From positions 275,900,001-275,964,000 of the forward strand of contig OZ024743.1 of the NCBI GenBank assembly GCA_964016885.1: 64,000 nt of DNA, given 5' to 3'. Numbering within the stretch: the first letter of the stretch is position 1; each line of letters opens with the position of its first letter. The notes under the pieces were generated by a model. That model had not been told where the DNA came from. It was given only the letters and a program-made list of their open reading frames with translations, and made no database searches. A program made the position numbers and the translations under genes. This stretch comes from Eledone cirrhosa (Eukaryota). Positions 1 to 12,548 of the stretch are shown here, one piece after another.

Positions 1-380
1 AGACCAAACCTCTCTACTGAAGAGATTAGCTGCAAGGTGAAACTATTGATAATAATGTTTTTCATATATGACAGAGGATTGTCTATCTAAATGCCGTGAT
101 TCAGCTAAACAAAGAATAAGATTTAATTAGAATTCAAAGCTGTATTGTTGATAGTAGAACCGAAGAGGTTGTCTTCAGTTGTGCCAGAGAATTCACAGCA
201 GAATTCAATGGAGAAAGATATGAATGGGTAAGAGAAATCATTAAATGTTACTGACTGAATGTCTTATCTCACAGACAGCTGAAATAATACAGTAGCTGTA
301 TATATATATATATAGGCCTGAATGAAAGTGTAGCAGCTGAGTGGAATTGAAACTGTAGTTCTGGAATATATCAACCATCA

Positions 381-707
381 TTATATATATTTGTGTATAT
401 ACACACATACATACACAAATATACATATACATATGTGTGTGTGCATGCATACACATATGTATGTGCATACATACATATATATATATATACACACATACAT
501 ATCCATATATACACACACAAATGTATGCATACATATCTATGTATGTATACATATATATATATATATATATTTATATATACACACACACATATATATATAC
601 ATGCAGACAGACAGACACGCATACACATACATCTATACATACACACACACACATATATATATATACATACATACACACACACATACATAAATATAGACAC
701 ACACACA
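381..707. repeat. Compound (TA)/(CA)/(TACA) microsatellite
   Basis: Dinucleotide and tetranucleotide runs; accounts for the Y/I/H/T-rich ORFs here. Confidence 0.95.
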
Positions 708-1450
708 GCTTCCTACTCCTATGTATTCCCCTGCCTGCATGGAGGCACAGATATGCACAATACAGGGCATCAATTTGATTATTTAATTCAATTCATGAAG
801 GCTGATATCATTATTGTTTTCCATGATGATTCCCAATCAATGATAATAATCTCTCTTGGAGCAGAATGAGAACAATTTGCTGTCTTTTCCTTCTTTTCTT
901 TACTTTTCTGGGTTTTTTTTTTTCATTTTCCACATCATCAGTCAGTCAATAAGTGTTTACAGTACACGCCAGTAGTGAGAATACTTATTATCCCCCGCCC
1001 CCTAGTAGCTATATATGTGTGTGTGTGTGTTTATATGAGTATATATATATGTCTGTATATATGTGTGTGTGTATGTATATATGTATGTATATGTGTGTGT
1101 ATGTATGCATGTATGTATATGTGTGTGTGTGTATATATATACGCGTGTATGTGTGTGTGTAAATATATATGTACACATATATAATGTAGTAGGAGAGAAG
1201 GAGGATGAACTATTTTAAACTAAGGCTTATGAACATTTGGGATGATGATAATGATGATGGTGGTGGTGGTGAATTTCTAACAATAATAAATGATACCAAT
1301 AATAAAGAACTGATAGTTGAGTACTATTCCGAATTTGGAAATATATTTCTAGTTATTAAAGGTCAACATAAAACACTAACAAAATAAAATTATTGAAGAT
1401 TATATATATGTTTATGTGTGTTTGTATATATGTGTGTGTGTGTATATATA

Positions 1451-1528
1451 CAGGATGTCCCCACAAAATGTATACATATTTTTTATTAGAATGCTGTTGA
1501 AGTGCGTATACATTTTTGGAACACTGTG
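1451..1528. mobile_element. Short decayed Tc1/mariner-like MITE
   Basis: TA|CAGGATGTCCCCACAAAATGTATAC ... GTATACATTTTTGGAACACTGTG|TA: imperfect terminal inverted repeats flanked by TA. Confidence 0.55.
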
Positions 1529-1619
1529 TATGTGTGTTTGTATGTATATGTAAATAAGACCGTCATTGCTCCAATCAGTCTACAGTCTAAATGTGTGTGT
1601 TTGTACACTTAACATCGTC

Positions 1620-1770
1620 AAATGGTTAAGGAGTTCACTTTGTAATCATTATGTTTCAGGTTCAATCCCCCAGTGTGGCATCTAGAGTAAGTCCCACTTA
1701 GCATAGCTTCAAGTTAAGCCATGCCTTTCTATGAGTGAAATTAGGGAGATGGAAATTGTTTATAGACTTG
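1620..1770 (+). mobile_element. Decayed tRNA-derived SINE (family S3)
   Basis: TGGTTAAG (A-box remnant) and GGTTCAATCCC (B box); related copies near 18275-18425 (+), 17310-17385 (-) and 36430-36590 (-). Confidence 0.6.
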
Positions 1771-1827
1771 TGAGATGGAATGAACATGTACTCCAAAAAC
1801 TAGCCTTGTCGTACTGAATCTCCTTAA

Positions 1828-2037
1828 CCCTTTAGTGTTCAAACCGGCCAGAATTCTCTACCTCTTTCTGTTGAAACTGGCTGTAACTGGTCGCTCAAAC
1901 TGATGTTAAGGTATTGTTTTCAAAATAAATACTTTCAAAATCTCATAGATTCGATATTATGTGAGATAATTATGTGAGGTAAAGCCTTTACCATTAAAAT
2001 ATAATAGTATATATAGAGTAATGTGAATGCTAAAGGG
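1828..2037. mobile_element. TTAA-flanked MITE, family M1 (piggyBac-like)
   Basis: TTAA|CCCTTTAGTGTT ... AATGCTAAAGGG|TTAA; internal sequence shared with five other copies in the window. Confidence 0.88.
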
Positions 2038-2163
2038 TTAAGAATTACATTATGGTATACATTCGTGTTTGTGAAATGCTCAGTCACTTCCATGTAAACT
2101 TCCTGAACAGGCTGCTCCATTAACACCCATGAAACCAGGATATGCTCCAGTTTGACATTAACT

Positions 2164-2194
<31 letters not shown>

Positions 2195-3185
2195 CAGCAG
2201 CAGCAGCAGCAGTGGTAGTGGTGTTGTTGTTGTTAGGAAGAGCATCCAGTCATAGGAACGGATGTCAAATATGGAATGTATGAACAAGATGGGGCCACCT
2301 GAGAGGTCAAGAGTCTAGCCTTAAAAGGATGAAGAGAAACACTGATCTCCAGGAGGGATTTGAACTCAAAGGTGCAGTGAGCTGGAACAAATACCTAGGC
2401 TTTTTTTTGAAACCCACACCGTCACAACTCAGCCAATTAGCCACCTTATATTGCTATAGTTATTACTATAAAGCACTGAAATCAAGGGTATTAGAAGATG
2501 GGAGGGGGGATAACCTCTGTGTTTTAACTTTTACATTATTTACAAAGCTAAAGAAAGAAACAATGAATGTATATTGTTCATAATGGTAGCTATTATGTTT
2601 GCAGTAAATCTGGAGTCTTTATATTCAGATTTTAAAAGAGACATAATAGGTGACTAAGTGAAACAATGGCATAAGTGAAAGTGTAGTACAATATCTTGTA
2701 GGAACCTAAAGCTTAGAATAATACAAAATAAAAACTAGAGAAGCATTCCAGTCGTTGCACCGGTGACATTAAGAAACAAAGGTAACTGTGAAAATGTCAA
2801 GTAGTCACAACTATATACTAAATAATAGGGGAGGAGAGAAGAAGAGAAAAAAGTGATATAGATATAGATATAGAGGAGATAGAGAGATACCTATAATGTG
2901 TGTAAAACAAAGTCACATTATTATCATCATCATTGTTATTATTATCATTGTTGCAAACGTAGGTTTTTAAAAAATAGACAAAATTAAAGGTTGCTTTGGA
3001 ATGATTTTATAGACAATAGACATAAATCACAATTATTGCACACATACACACACTGCTTTTCATAAATACAAAATTAAAACAAAACTCTCACACACAATAT
3101 AAGGGTTGGATGGATCTACATAGACCAAGTCAGTAATGAAGTGGGGCTACTAATCTTCCAGACAGGCCAGGGATCTGTGTCTCAC

Positions 3186-3250
<65 letters not shown>

Positions 3251-3560
3251 CACCAATTAATTTGCTGATAATAGGTATCAGATATTTTGCTGATTAACTG
3301 ATATTGGATTTTTTGCCAATTGGTTTTGATAATTGACCATTATTGTTTTGGAGCCAAGGAAACCATAGGTGACTGAGAAAGTCAGAAAACAGATTAGATT
3401 CAACAAGTAAAAATACTTTAAAAGAAAAACAAAACTATTTCCTATGACACAATTTAAAGCTCACCAGTGTAATATACTTCTGTTCCAAGAGTTCAAGTGC
3501 ACTGATCTACACAACTGTAAATTACTTGAGACTACCCAGTGGGTATAACCTGTAGGTTAA

Positions 3561-3742
3561 CCCTTTAGCATTTGCATCACTTTACATATACAAATTGTAT
3601 TTTTGCAGTAAAGGTTTTATCTCACATAATTATCTCAGATAACACTGAATCATGAGATTTTGATATTTATTTTGAGACCAATACCTGTTTAAAAAAGGTG
3701 ACAGAATTCTGGCCGGATACAGCCAGTTTAAATGCTAAAGGG
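3561..3742. mobile_element. MITE M1 copy
   Basis: TTAA|CCCTTTAGCATT ... AATGCTAAAGGG; right-hand TTAA lost. Confidence 0.85.
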
Positions 3743-3894
3743 TGTCAAAGTAGAAAAGAGACCCTCCTCCTACCCACCTGAGAAGATATGACTGATTATC
3801 TGTTAAAAAGGAAATTTATTTAGAAATTATAAAGATTAAGATTACATGTTTTTTTTAAAGTATTTTTAAAAATGTACAGTAATAAGGGTTTCTG

Positions 3895-4057
3895 ATTTAG
3901 GCACAAGGCCAGCAATTTTGGGGAAGGAGAAAGTCGATTAAATCGAACTCAGTGCATCAATGGTACTTTATTTTATTGACCCCGTAAGGATTAAAGGCAA
4001 AGCTAACTGTAGCGGGATTTAAACTCACTCTAACGACATTGCCAATCCACAACTCTT
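3895..4057 (-). mobile_element. tRNA-derived SINE, family S1
   Basis: Family core (plus-strand AAGGCCAGCAATT...GGTACTTTATTTTATTGACCCC...AAAGGCAAAG...GGGATTTAAACTCA); bracketed by a ~20-nt direct repeat TACAGTAATAA(G/T)GGTTTCTG at 3875-3894 and 4058-4077. Confidence 0.8.
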
Positions 4058-4647
4058 TACAGTAATAATGGTTTCTGTTAACTCATACAAAAGAATTAAA
4101 TTTATTTATCAAATAAGGACTCATACATTTATAATGTAAAAACATCAAAATTTCTCCATTTTCAGAGTATAGTCAGTATGGTAAAATCAGCATATATTTG
4201 TCCCCATGTATGTGCTCTCAAATAGTAGCCCCATAATTGTGATTAAGTATTTACGTACGAAAAATTATAATATATTACTTATACCATAATTATTACATCA
4301 CTCTACATAATTACATTATAAATAATCTACAGCCAATTAATCGGTATCAGTCGATAAGGCAAGGCCGATTAATCGGTAATTGCTTATTGGTGCATCCCTA
4401 ATACATGTGTATGTTTGTCTGTCTAGCTATGTGTGTGTGCACACAAACACAAAAATACATCTAATCCAAATTTGCAGAAATCTTACTATATGTGATAAGT
4501 ACTAATGCTGCTTTGGAAAATAAGCTGATGCTAATTCCAGATGTTGACATTTTGGTGTCCTCTACTGTGGTTTGTAATAAGAGTATTAAAAGAAAACATA
4601 CATACATACACACACATATATACATGTATTCATTCACTCACATGCAT

Positions 4648-4688
<41 letters not shown>

Positions 4689-4689
<1 letters not shown>

Positions 4690-7600
4690 CATCATCATCG
4701 TTTAACGTCCATATTCCACGCTTGCATGGGTTTGGACGGGAGTTTTCCCACTTGAGGCAAGAGTGGTTGTCTTGCTCGCATAGGACTGTCTGGCGGGTTT
4801 TCTACAGCTGGATGCCCTTCCTAACACCAACCACATTTACAGTGTGGACTGGGAGGTTTTTACCGTGTTACCTACACGGCCACATTACAGCGTGGACTGT
4901 GTGCTTTTTTTGTCGTGACACCTACACGACCTCATTTGTTTCGGACTGGATGTTGTGGTACCAACATAACTTTATATTGAAAGGGGTGGTGTGGATGGGG
5001 CGGGGGTAGTGGGACGGGGGTGTATTTTGTTAGAGGTGCCTACTGACTGTAGTAGGTTTCACTTTGTACTTAGGTAAGGCGGGTCTTCTCTATTACTGTG
5101 TAGCGCCAAAGATCTTGATCCAGTGACATTGTCTTGGAGAGGTGCAAGTGTGTGAGGTCGGAATTTATCAAGTCGTCCCAGGTTTTTCTGGGTCTGCCTA
5201 CTCCGTGGCTACCATCTACTTTTATTGCCCTGCACTTTTTTATACAGCTGTCGTCTTTCATGCGTGACCATACCAACGTAGTCTTCTCTCGAGTAAACAA
5301 CATCTGATCCCTCTTATTTCTAATTTTTCCCTTAGTTCGTTTATGCTTTGCCGTTCACGTATATTACTATTACACATCCAGCGGAGCATGCAAGCTTCGT
5401 TCCTCTCCAGTCTGCGTATATCCTCTGCACACAATGCCCAGGTCTCACTGCCATGTGACATTGCTGTTCGTATGCAGGCATCATACAGCCTGCCTTTCAT
5501 TTTTAGAGAGAACCCTTTAGCGGCTAATAGTGGTATAAGCTTTCTGAACTTTTTCCATCCAGTTCTGACTCTAGTTACTGTACTTTCAGAGCACCCTCCC
5601 CCACTGCTGATTTTGTCACCCAGGTAACAGAAGCTGTCCATTATTTCTATAGAACCATCTATGCAATGGAATGAGCTAGTATTCTGTGGGCACTTGCTGC
5701 TACTTATTGCACCAGAGCACTGGCCACATATAAAATCTATGTTCTTAGTTAGCTTACCTGTGATCCCACTACATCTTTTATACACCCATACTTTGCATTT
5801 GGCACATAAAATAGAGTTTCTACCTACTCCTTTCCTACACACTGAGCATGGCCATTTCCCGGATGGGACCGGTGCCCTATTTTCCTTCCTACAAACTAGA
5901 ACTTTAGTCTTAGACAGGTTAATTTTAGGCCATGCTTCCATGTTTGGAATTTCTTCTCTAGTTCGGCCATTGATTCAGCTATGAGCATTAGATCATCTGC
6001 GTATAGGAGTTCCCATGGGAAGCCGGTCTTGAACTCCACTGTTATAGCCTGAAGGGCAATAATAAATAGTAGGGGGCTAAGAACGGAGCCCTGATGAACA
6101 CCAACTTTTACGCTAAACTCTTCACTATATTCGTTGTTAATTCTAACCTTGCTGACTGTTTCTTTATACATGGCTTGTATAGCTCTCACAAGCCATTCAT
6201 CAACACCTAGTTTTCTAAGAGCCCACCAGATAATGGAACGCGGTACGCTGTCGAAGGCTTTCTCCAAGTCGACAAAAGCTAAGTATAGGGGTTTACTTTT
6301 AGCTAGGTACTTCTCCTGTAGTTGTCGTACAATGAAAAGAGCGTCTGTGGTACTTTTACCTGACACAAACCTGAACTGCATTTCATCTAGATCAATTCTC
6401 TCTCTGATTAGTTGCGCTATTACTTTTTCTGTGACCTTCATGACCTGGTCGATTAATTTAATGCCTCTATAGTTACTCCTATCTAGGGCATCTCCTTTAC
6501 CCTTGTAGCAGTTAATGATGATGATGCTACGCCAGTCCTTCGGAACAACCCCATTCTGTATGACTTGGTTTACTATCCGGGTGACCACGGTGTGTCCCAC
6601 CGTTCCAGCATTTCAGCAACTATTTCCGAAGGCCCAGCCGCCTTACACATCTTCATATCTTTGATTGCCTTACTTATACTACCTTTGACTAACCCTGCTG
6701 GTCCCTCTATTGGGTCGATGTGAGGGAGACTGTCTTTCTCCCATTTATTCTCCTCATTTAGTAGCCTTTCGTAGTGACACTTCCAAGCTACCTTCTTATC
6801 AGCGTCAGTGATGGCAAGTACACCATCATCATTAAGGACACACTTCTCCCCGACAATATCACAGTTTTCCTTGACACATTGCCTAGCAATCCCGAACACC
6901 TCGCGTTGTAGAACATGCTTGAACTTTCTTTCCTCTGCTTCCCTTCTTGCGAAGTACACTTGTCTCCTAGCTTCCCTCCTGGCTACTTGATAGTCTTCTC
7001 TACTTCCCCCATCCCGCCATACTTTCCAAGCCTGCTTTTTGACCTTAATTGACTCCTCCACCTAACTGTTCCACCACCATGTTACTCTACTCCTGCCTAT
7101 AGGCCTGCTCCAGCCACAGACTTCGTCTGCTGCCATCAGCAGGTTTGCTTTCAGGAATTCCCACTGTTCCTCTATATTGTACGACTCTAAATGCTCTTCC
7201 TTACTGTCGAAAGCATCAAGTAATATGCTTTTAAATTTATTTCTGGCTGTGGGGTCCTTTAGCTTCCATATTTTTCTCCTGAGGATAATCCTCTTCTGTT
7301 GTCGAGTACGTCTTGTCCTGACTATGAGGTCGCTAATTATCAGTCTATGTTGGGAGGTGCATTCTTCATGGGGGAGGGATTTAGTGTTTACAACAGACAC
7401 TCTGTCACGTCTTCTGGTAAGGATATAATCTACCTGGCTGGTATGTTCCCCTGATCTATAGGTGATCAAGTGATTGTCTCGTTTTTTGAAGTTAGTGTTA
7501 CAGATAGTTAGGTTATTTGCGTCACAGAATTCCAGGATTCTGGAGCCTTCCTCATTTCTAGTTCCAAACCCATAGCCTCCGTGGATTCCGTCATAGCCGT

Positions 7601-8762
7601 CATAATGTAGTCCAACGTGACCATTTAGGTCGCCAGCAATAATTATATAGTCACTGTCGGTTATTTGGGAGGTAGTGAGCATCAGTGTCTCATAGAATCT
7701 GTCTTTTATAGCGCCAGGCAGTCCGGATTGGGGTGCGTACGCAGATATTACTGTCACAGTAGTTCTATTTAGAACAAGTCTTATTTTAATTATTCTGTCA
7801 TTCACTCTATTTACGTCTATTATCTTATCCACCCATTTTTCTGCTAACATGATTCCTACCCCACCCAGCCCATTGTCATTTCCCACCCAGAAAAGCTTAT
7901 AGTATCGTTTTTTACCCACAATGAATCTAGCAGACCCGCCCCTCCACCTGGTCTCTTGGATACAGCAAACATCAACCTCCTTACGATGAAGCATTTCTAC
8001 AACCTCGTTAGAGCGGCCTTTTAAGGTGCCTACATTCATGGTACCAACTTTGAAGTTTTGGATTGCGTTTGGTGGGTGGATGGGGTTGGGGTTATGTTGG
8101 CCATCCGCGGCCGAAACAAAGAGGAGGAGTCCTTGCCCTTTCGTCCGGCAGCATGAGGTGAATGTCGTTATCTTTGGCATTCTCTTCGAGTGTCCAGATT
8201 CTTCAGACTCTCCAGAAATTCCTTAGTCCATCCATCATATCGAAAAGCAACCAGGAGAAGTGATAGCATAGGCCGTTGACTTATGATTGGTCCAAATAAT
8301 AATGGTGGAGAGTGGGGGAGGGTATGGGGTAGTTAGCGAGGAGAAGATTATTTAGAACAGTCAAACAGAATTATAGAATAGCAATTAAGAAGTAGGATTT
8401 GGATTCTGGCGATTATAGATATATGGATGAATGAACCGAAGGGTGGGGAGACAAGAAGAAAATGGTATTTTTACATTACATTTCGTAGAAGTGGACTGAC
8501 CATTAATAAGAGTTGACAAATTCTGAGATTCGTACCTCGTAACAGGTTTATTTATATTTGGTGCGAGTAGGGAGTGAGCGAGAGAGAGAGAGGGGCCAAC
8601 AGGCACGTCTATGATAGAGAGGGGGGGGGGGAATAACGATTTAGAGGGCCGAGAGAAGCCATTTTTATGAATCCTGGAAAAATTTTCGGCCAAAATGGTA
8701 GCGAGGAGAAGATTATTTAGAATAAGCAAGGAGAAGATTATTTAGAACAAGCTAGGAGAAGA

Positions 8763-8769
<7 letters not shown>
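4689..8769 (-). mobile_element. Near full-length RTE-type LINE, family A, disrupted
   Basis: About 590-nt 5'UTR, single APE-RT reading frame broken by a stop and frameshifts, ~370-nt 3'UTR ending in a hairpin and (GAT)n; (TA)n on both flanks; highly similar to the copy at 40877-43727. Confidence 0.95.
5070..8180 (-). pseudogene. LINE ORF2 pseudogene: AP endonuclease, reverse transcriptase and embedded PHD finger
   Basis: APE motifs MNVGTL, IQETRW, YAP, GDLNGH, VDYIL, SQH; RT motifs YRGIKL, FVDLEKAFD, VHQGSVLSP, LYADD, YLG. Split into ORFs 7062-8180, 6573-7061, 5896-6600, 5258-5941 and 5070-5303 by AAG>TAG at 7062-7064 and small deletions. Confidence 0.95.
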
Positions 8770-8804
<35 letters not shown>

Positions 8805-8835
8805 TATATATATATATATATTTATATACACACAT

Positions 8836-8875
<40 letters not shown>

Positions 8876-9265
8876 GCGCACATACACATGATAAACTACT
8901 GCAAGTATTGATGCAGCAAAAGTCAAAATTTGTAGCATGGCAGAAAGGAGCATTAAAATAGCTAAGATGTTTCTGAAACAGAAAGAGCGATATCAAGATG
9001 TGTTTTGAAAAGTCAGTAGAAAATTATTAGACTCTTTTTAGATTCAAGCAATGAAAGCATATGAAATAAATAGCCACAAAGTAAACCATAAAAGTTGCTT
9101 GCAGTATTTTGTCTAAAATCGAATCTATAATCCTTAGAACAAGCTAGTATAAAAAAAAAAACACAAAAAAAAAACAAAGAGATATATTTTTTATAATATT
9201 AATATAAAAATCATAAAATATTAAGACAATCAGTAGTAGTAATGGTGGTAGTAGTAGTAGTATTT

Positions 9266-9420
9266 TCTATATTAGGCACAAGGCCAGTAATTTGCGAAGT
9301 GTGTCTGCGTGTGTGTATGGGGGGGTTAAACCAACCACAACACTTGACTGGTATTTCATTTTATCAATCGAGAAAGATGAAAAGCAAAGTTGACCGTGGC
9401 AAAATTTAAACTCAGAACTA
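9266..9420 (-). mobile_element. SINE S1 copy
   Basis: GGCACAAGGCCAGTAATT...CTGGTATTTCATTTTATC...AAAGCAAAGTTGACC...TTTAAACTCAG. Confidence 0.75.
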
Positions 9421-9642
9421 GATGTGAGAGACTTTCTCATACATTCTATATTTTGCATAGTTTCTACAGCTAGATGTCCTTCCAAATGCCAACCACTTTA
9501 CATAATGCTAAATCCTATTATTAATCCATTTTGTAACTAAATTTCTAATGAGTAGACTGCTCATGTGTTTAAACTAACTGACATTGTAATCAAGATATTG
9601 GAAGAGTTTAAGTAAAATTCTTTAACTTTATATATTTGTATA

Positions 9643-9727
9643 TTCAAGGATTGGCTGAAAAGTTCATAGGATGTCTATGAAGGAGCGATGCTAGAGCTGT
9701 GAAATCTTGCATGCATTAATTTCAACA
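9643..9727 (+). mobile_element. Possible mariner-like terminal fragment
   Basis: GGATTGGCTGAAAAGTTCATAGG resembles mariner TIRs from recall only; no partner end seen. Confidence 0.35.
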
Positions 9728-11641
9728 ATTACGGACATTGGTCATTCATCAGAAGATAGAATGAGAAAAATATGAAAGGATGTTTGGAGGAGAGAAGAAG
9801 TAAGAAAAGAAAGAAAATGGGAAATAGTTAGTCAACCATTTTGGTAGAATGAAACTGTATGGCAGCCTGTTGAATATATATATATATATATATTTAATAT
9901 AGAAATCGCTTCTACAGGACTAGAAGCCATTTCTATATTAAATATTTATACCCTGCTATGTATTAAACCCAGGATACATATATCTATCTATCTCTATATA
10001 TATGTGCTGAAAAGGACCCTTCCAACCCATGCAAGCATGGAAAAATGGACATAAAAACAGTGATGATGATGAATGTATGATGACTTCACGCCGGTGTCAA
10101 TTGCAAAAACAAAAAGTTAGTGTCGTAAATCCACACTGACTCCAAAAATAAATTCATAATTTATATGACTGAACATTTCTTGAACACTTTGGTGAAAAAT
10201 ACCTTGCTAAGACTAATTGTGATGTTCTCTGTGGAATATGTATATGTTGTGGTATATGTCATGTTATTGAGTGTGTGTATGCACTCATGCATGCATGCAT
10301 GTGCGTATCTTTTGCCAATATATATATTGGCAAGAAAACCAATAAAGCAGTACTTTCAAATAAGAATACCTTCTGGTATTTTTGTTCCACACACAAGTTC
10401 TCACACTCATTGTAAATGTAGTGAACCATTGACAGACTCACTGTAAACCTGTAACCGGCAATGCTATCCATCGTTCACAAAAATATGATATATAAAAATA
10501 TAATAATAAATATGAAAATTTACATAGCGCTTAACTATTTTATTTTTGGTTCAGTAGTAATGAATTTTCCCATGATTATCTGAAGAGGGTTGCAGAGACA
10601 CCTTGCAATATAAACATTGTAACCTGAATGTCACTTCTATTTGGAATTATTAGATCAGGATAAATATAATAAAAATACCACAACATTTTTGGTATGGTAC
10701 AATCAATGTATTAGGAATGGGGATTAAAAAAAAACTAAAAAATAACAATATACCACTTCATTTTCATACACAAAATGTTGTAAGGTATAAAAATATATTT
10801 AAAAAAAACTACGTAAAAACAACACACAAAAACTCCCCAAAACAAAAACCCCATGGTAACATAAATGCACTAAATCTGTTTTGTTTTGTTTAATTCTATT
10901 CTGGAATAAAGGAATGGTATGCTGAAGTGGTTATTCCTATCGCTAGAAGTGTGTAGCAGCAGCCCCTGGCTGGTTAAACATTAAAAACTTCATGTTTAAT
11001 GCATGAAGTTCAATTTAAATAACTGAAGAGGACAAGGGGAAACTTAACCTTTGCTGTTGACATTTAGTAGGCACTAGACAGACACTAGTTAGCTGAATAC
11101 TTTGTGCAGGACATGGTTTTTTCTACATAGGATGACCTCACTAGACTAGATAAAAGAAGAACGCATAGCAGGCAGTCATTGGGTTCTTGATACTATCCAG
11201 CTTTATAAGGACATGCCCCCATTTCACATAGTTAAGTGGATGCATAGAGAATAAAAGATATTAACAGGCAAAAGTTCATTATCACTGTGCAGAACACACC
11301 AGGAAAGGAAATTTGACATTCAAAAATGTTTAAAGATTCATTTACACTCCACCCCCCACCCTACCCATTCACTCACCTCATGTATTATTGATTAATATTT
11401 CAATTAAATTTTTTGGAACTGAAAAATCATTTGCCTTCCTATTTCTTATATAGAATTAAACAAAATAAAAATACAAAAAAATCTTGCATGACATTATTAA
11501 AAGAATAACGGAATTTAAAATATTATCGTTATTATATATTAAATAACTCAATGTGAATATTGAAGAAAATCATTTGCTGTCAATTACATAGTTTCTCTTT
11601 AATGTCCATTATCTCTTGATGGTGAATGTCAAATAATAATG

Positions 11642-11673
<32 letters not shown>

Positions 11674-11707
11674 AATAACACATAATAATAATAAAAATAA
11701 TAAAATA

Positions 11708-11865
11708 ATTTCTAATTTAGGCCAGCAATTTAAGGAAGGGTAAAGTCATTTATATAGATTCTAGCATTTGACTGGTACTTTATTTCATTGATTTTTGTAA
11801 AGCTGAAAGGCAAAGTTGACATCGGCAGGATTTGAACTCAGAACTTAAAGAGCCAGAACAAATTC
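11708..11865 (-). mobile_element. SINE S1 copy abutting a LINE-B fragment
   Basis: S1 core with GGATTTGAACTCAG (reverse B box); the head is cut off by the LINE fragment. Confidence 0.75.
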
Positions 11866-12027
11866 TGGGCGGAGGTGGTGAGAGCAGACCTCAGATCGCT
11901 GAAACTCACCGAGGAGATGACGAAGGACCATAACACGTGGAGAGATGCTGTGCTGAATAGGACCCGTCCAACCCTTGCAAGCAGGGAAAAGTGGACGTAA
12001 AATGATGATGATGATGATGATGATGAT
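11866..12027 (+). mobile_element. 3' fragment of RTE-type LINE family B
   Basis: Encodes WAEVVRADLRSLKLTEEMTKDHNTWRDAVLNRTRPTLASREKWT* followed by (GAT)n; matches the ends of the copies at 38284-39311 and 54810-55998. Confidence 0.9.
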
Positions 12028-12069
12028 TTGTCTGATGTTTCACCAGTACTGCCATTCCCCCGCTCTTTA

Positions 12070-12350
12070 ATAATGGTTTCTGATTTAAGCACAAGACCTA
12101 CAATTTTGGAGAGAAGAGAAAGTTGATTAAATCGACCCTGGTGCATTACCGTTACTTTATTTAATAATAATAATAATTGTTTCTACTTTCGGCACAAGGC
12201 CAGCAATTACTGGTACTTTATTTTATCAACCCCATAAGAATGAAAGGCAAAGTTAACCTCGACGGGATTTGAACTCAGACCGTAAAGGGATGTAACTATG
12301 CTGGAAAGCATGGTGTCCAAACCTCTACTGATACTGCCAATTCACCTGTC
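12070..12350 (-). mobile_element. Two adjacent SINE S1 copies (partial plus near full-length)
   Basis: Two S1 tails (near 12075 and 12175); the second carries the core and tRNA-like head. Confidence 0.78.
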
Positions 12351-12380
12351 AATAATAATGACAATAATTACAATCCATTT

Positions 12381-12548
12381 CCACACTGTAAACGTGGTGG
12401 GTGTTAGGAAGGGCATCCAGCTGTAAAAATTCCAGCCAAAATACAGTTCCATTTGAGCAAGGTACAGCATGGCCAGACATGTCTCATAACGTGGATGACC
12501 TATCTAACCCACGCAAGTGTGGAAAAATAGACATTAAACAGTGATGAT
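12381..12548 (+). mobile_element. 3'UTR-only fragment related to LINE A
   Basis: CCACACTGTAAA...TTAGGAAGGGCATCCAGCTGTA...CCCACGCAAGTGTGGAAAAATAGACATTAAACAGTGATGAT parallels 43554-43727. Confidence 0.75.

Larger units (their letters stand above)
3244..4400. mobile_element. hAT-like non-autonomous DNA transposon with nested MITE and SINE
   Basis: Ends GGGGGTGCACCAAT (3244-3257) and ATTGGTGCATCCCTA (4386-4400) are inverted repeats; subterminal CCGATTAATCGG-type repeats near both ends. No TSD recognisable. Confidence 0.6.

Noticed and set aside
241-1184. Y/I/C/V/H/T-rich ORFs here and at about 13.7-15.2, 25.6-25.9, 51.5-54.2 and 56.0-57.5 kb
   Set aside because: Translations of TA/CA/TG microsatellites that lack stop codons; open in several frames on both strands.
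8085-8160. Possible HDV-like ribozyme near the LINE ORF start (minus strand GGACTCCTCCTCT...GGCC...GGCCAA)
   Set aside because: L3 and J4/2-like words are present but P1 and P2 could not be paired.
5343-8226. ORFs antisense to the LINE reading frames (also 40924-43053 and 54715-55794)
   Set aside because: Shadows of the LINE coding strand with no independent motifs.
10986-11010. Hairpin AACTTCATG/CATGAAGTT as a miRNA or terminator candidate
   Set aside because: Only 9 bp in AT-rich DNA; too short for a pre-miRNA.
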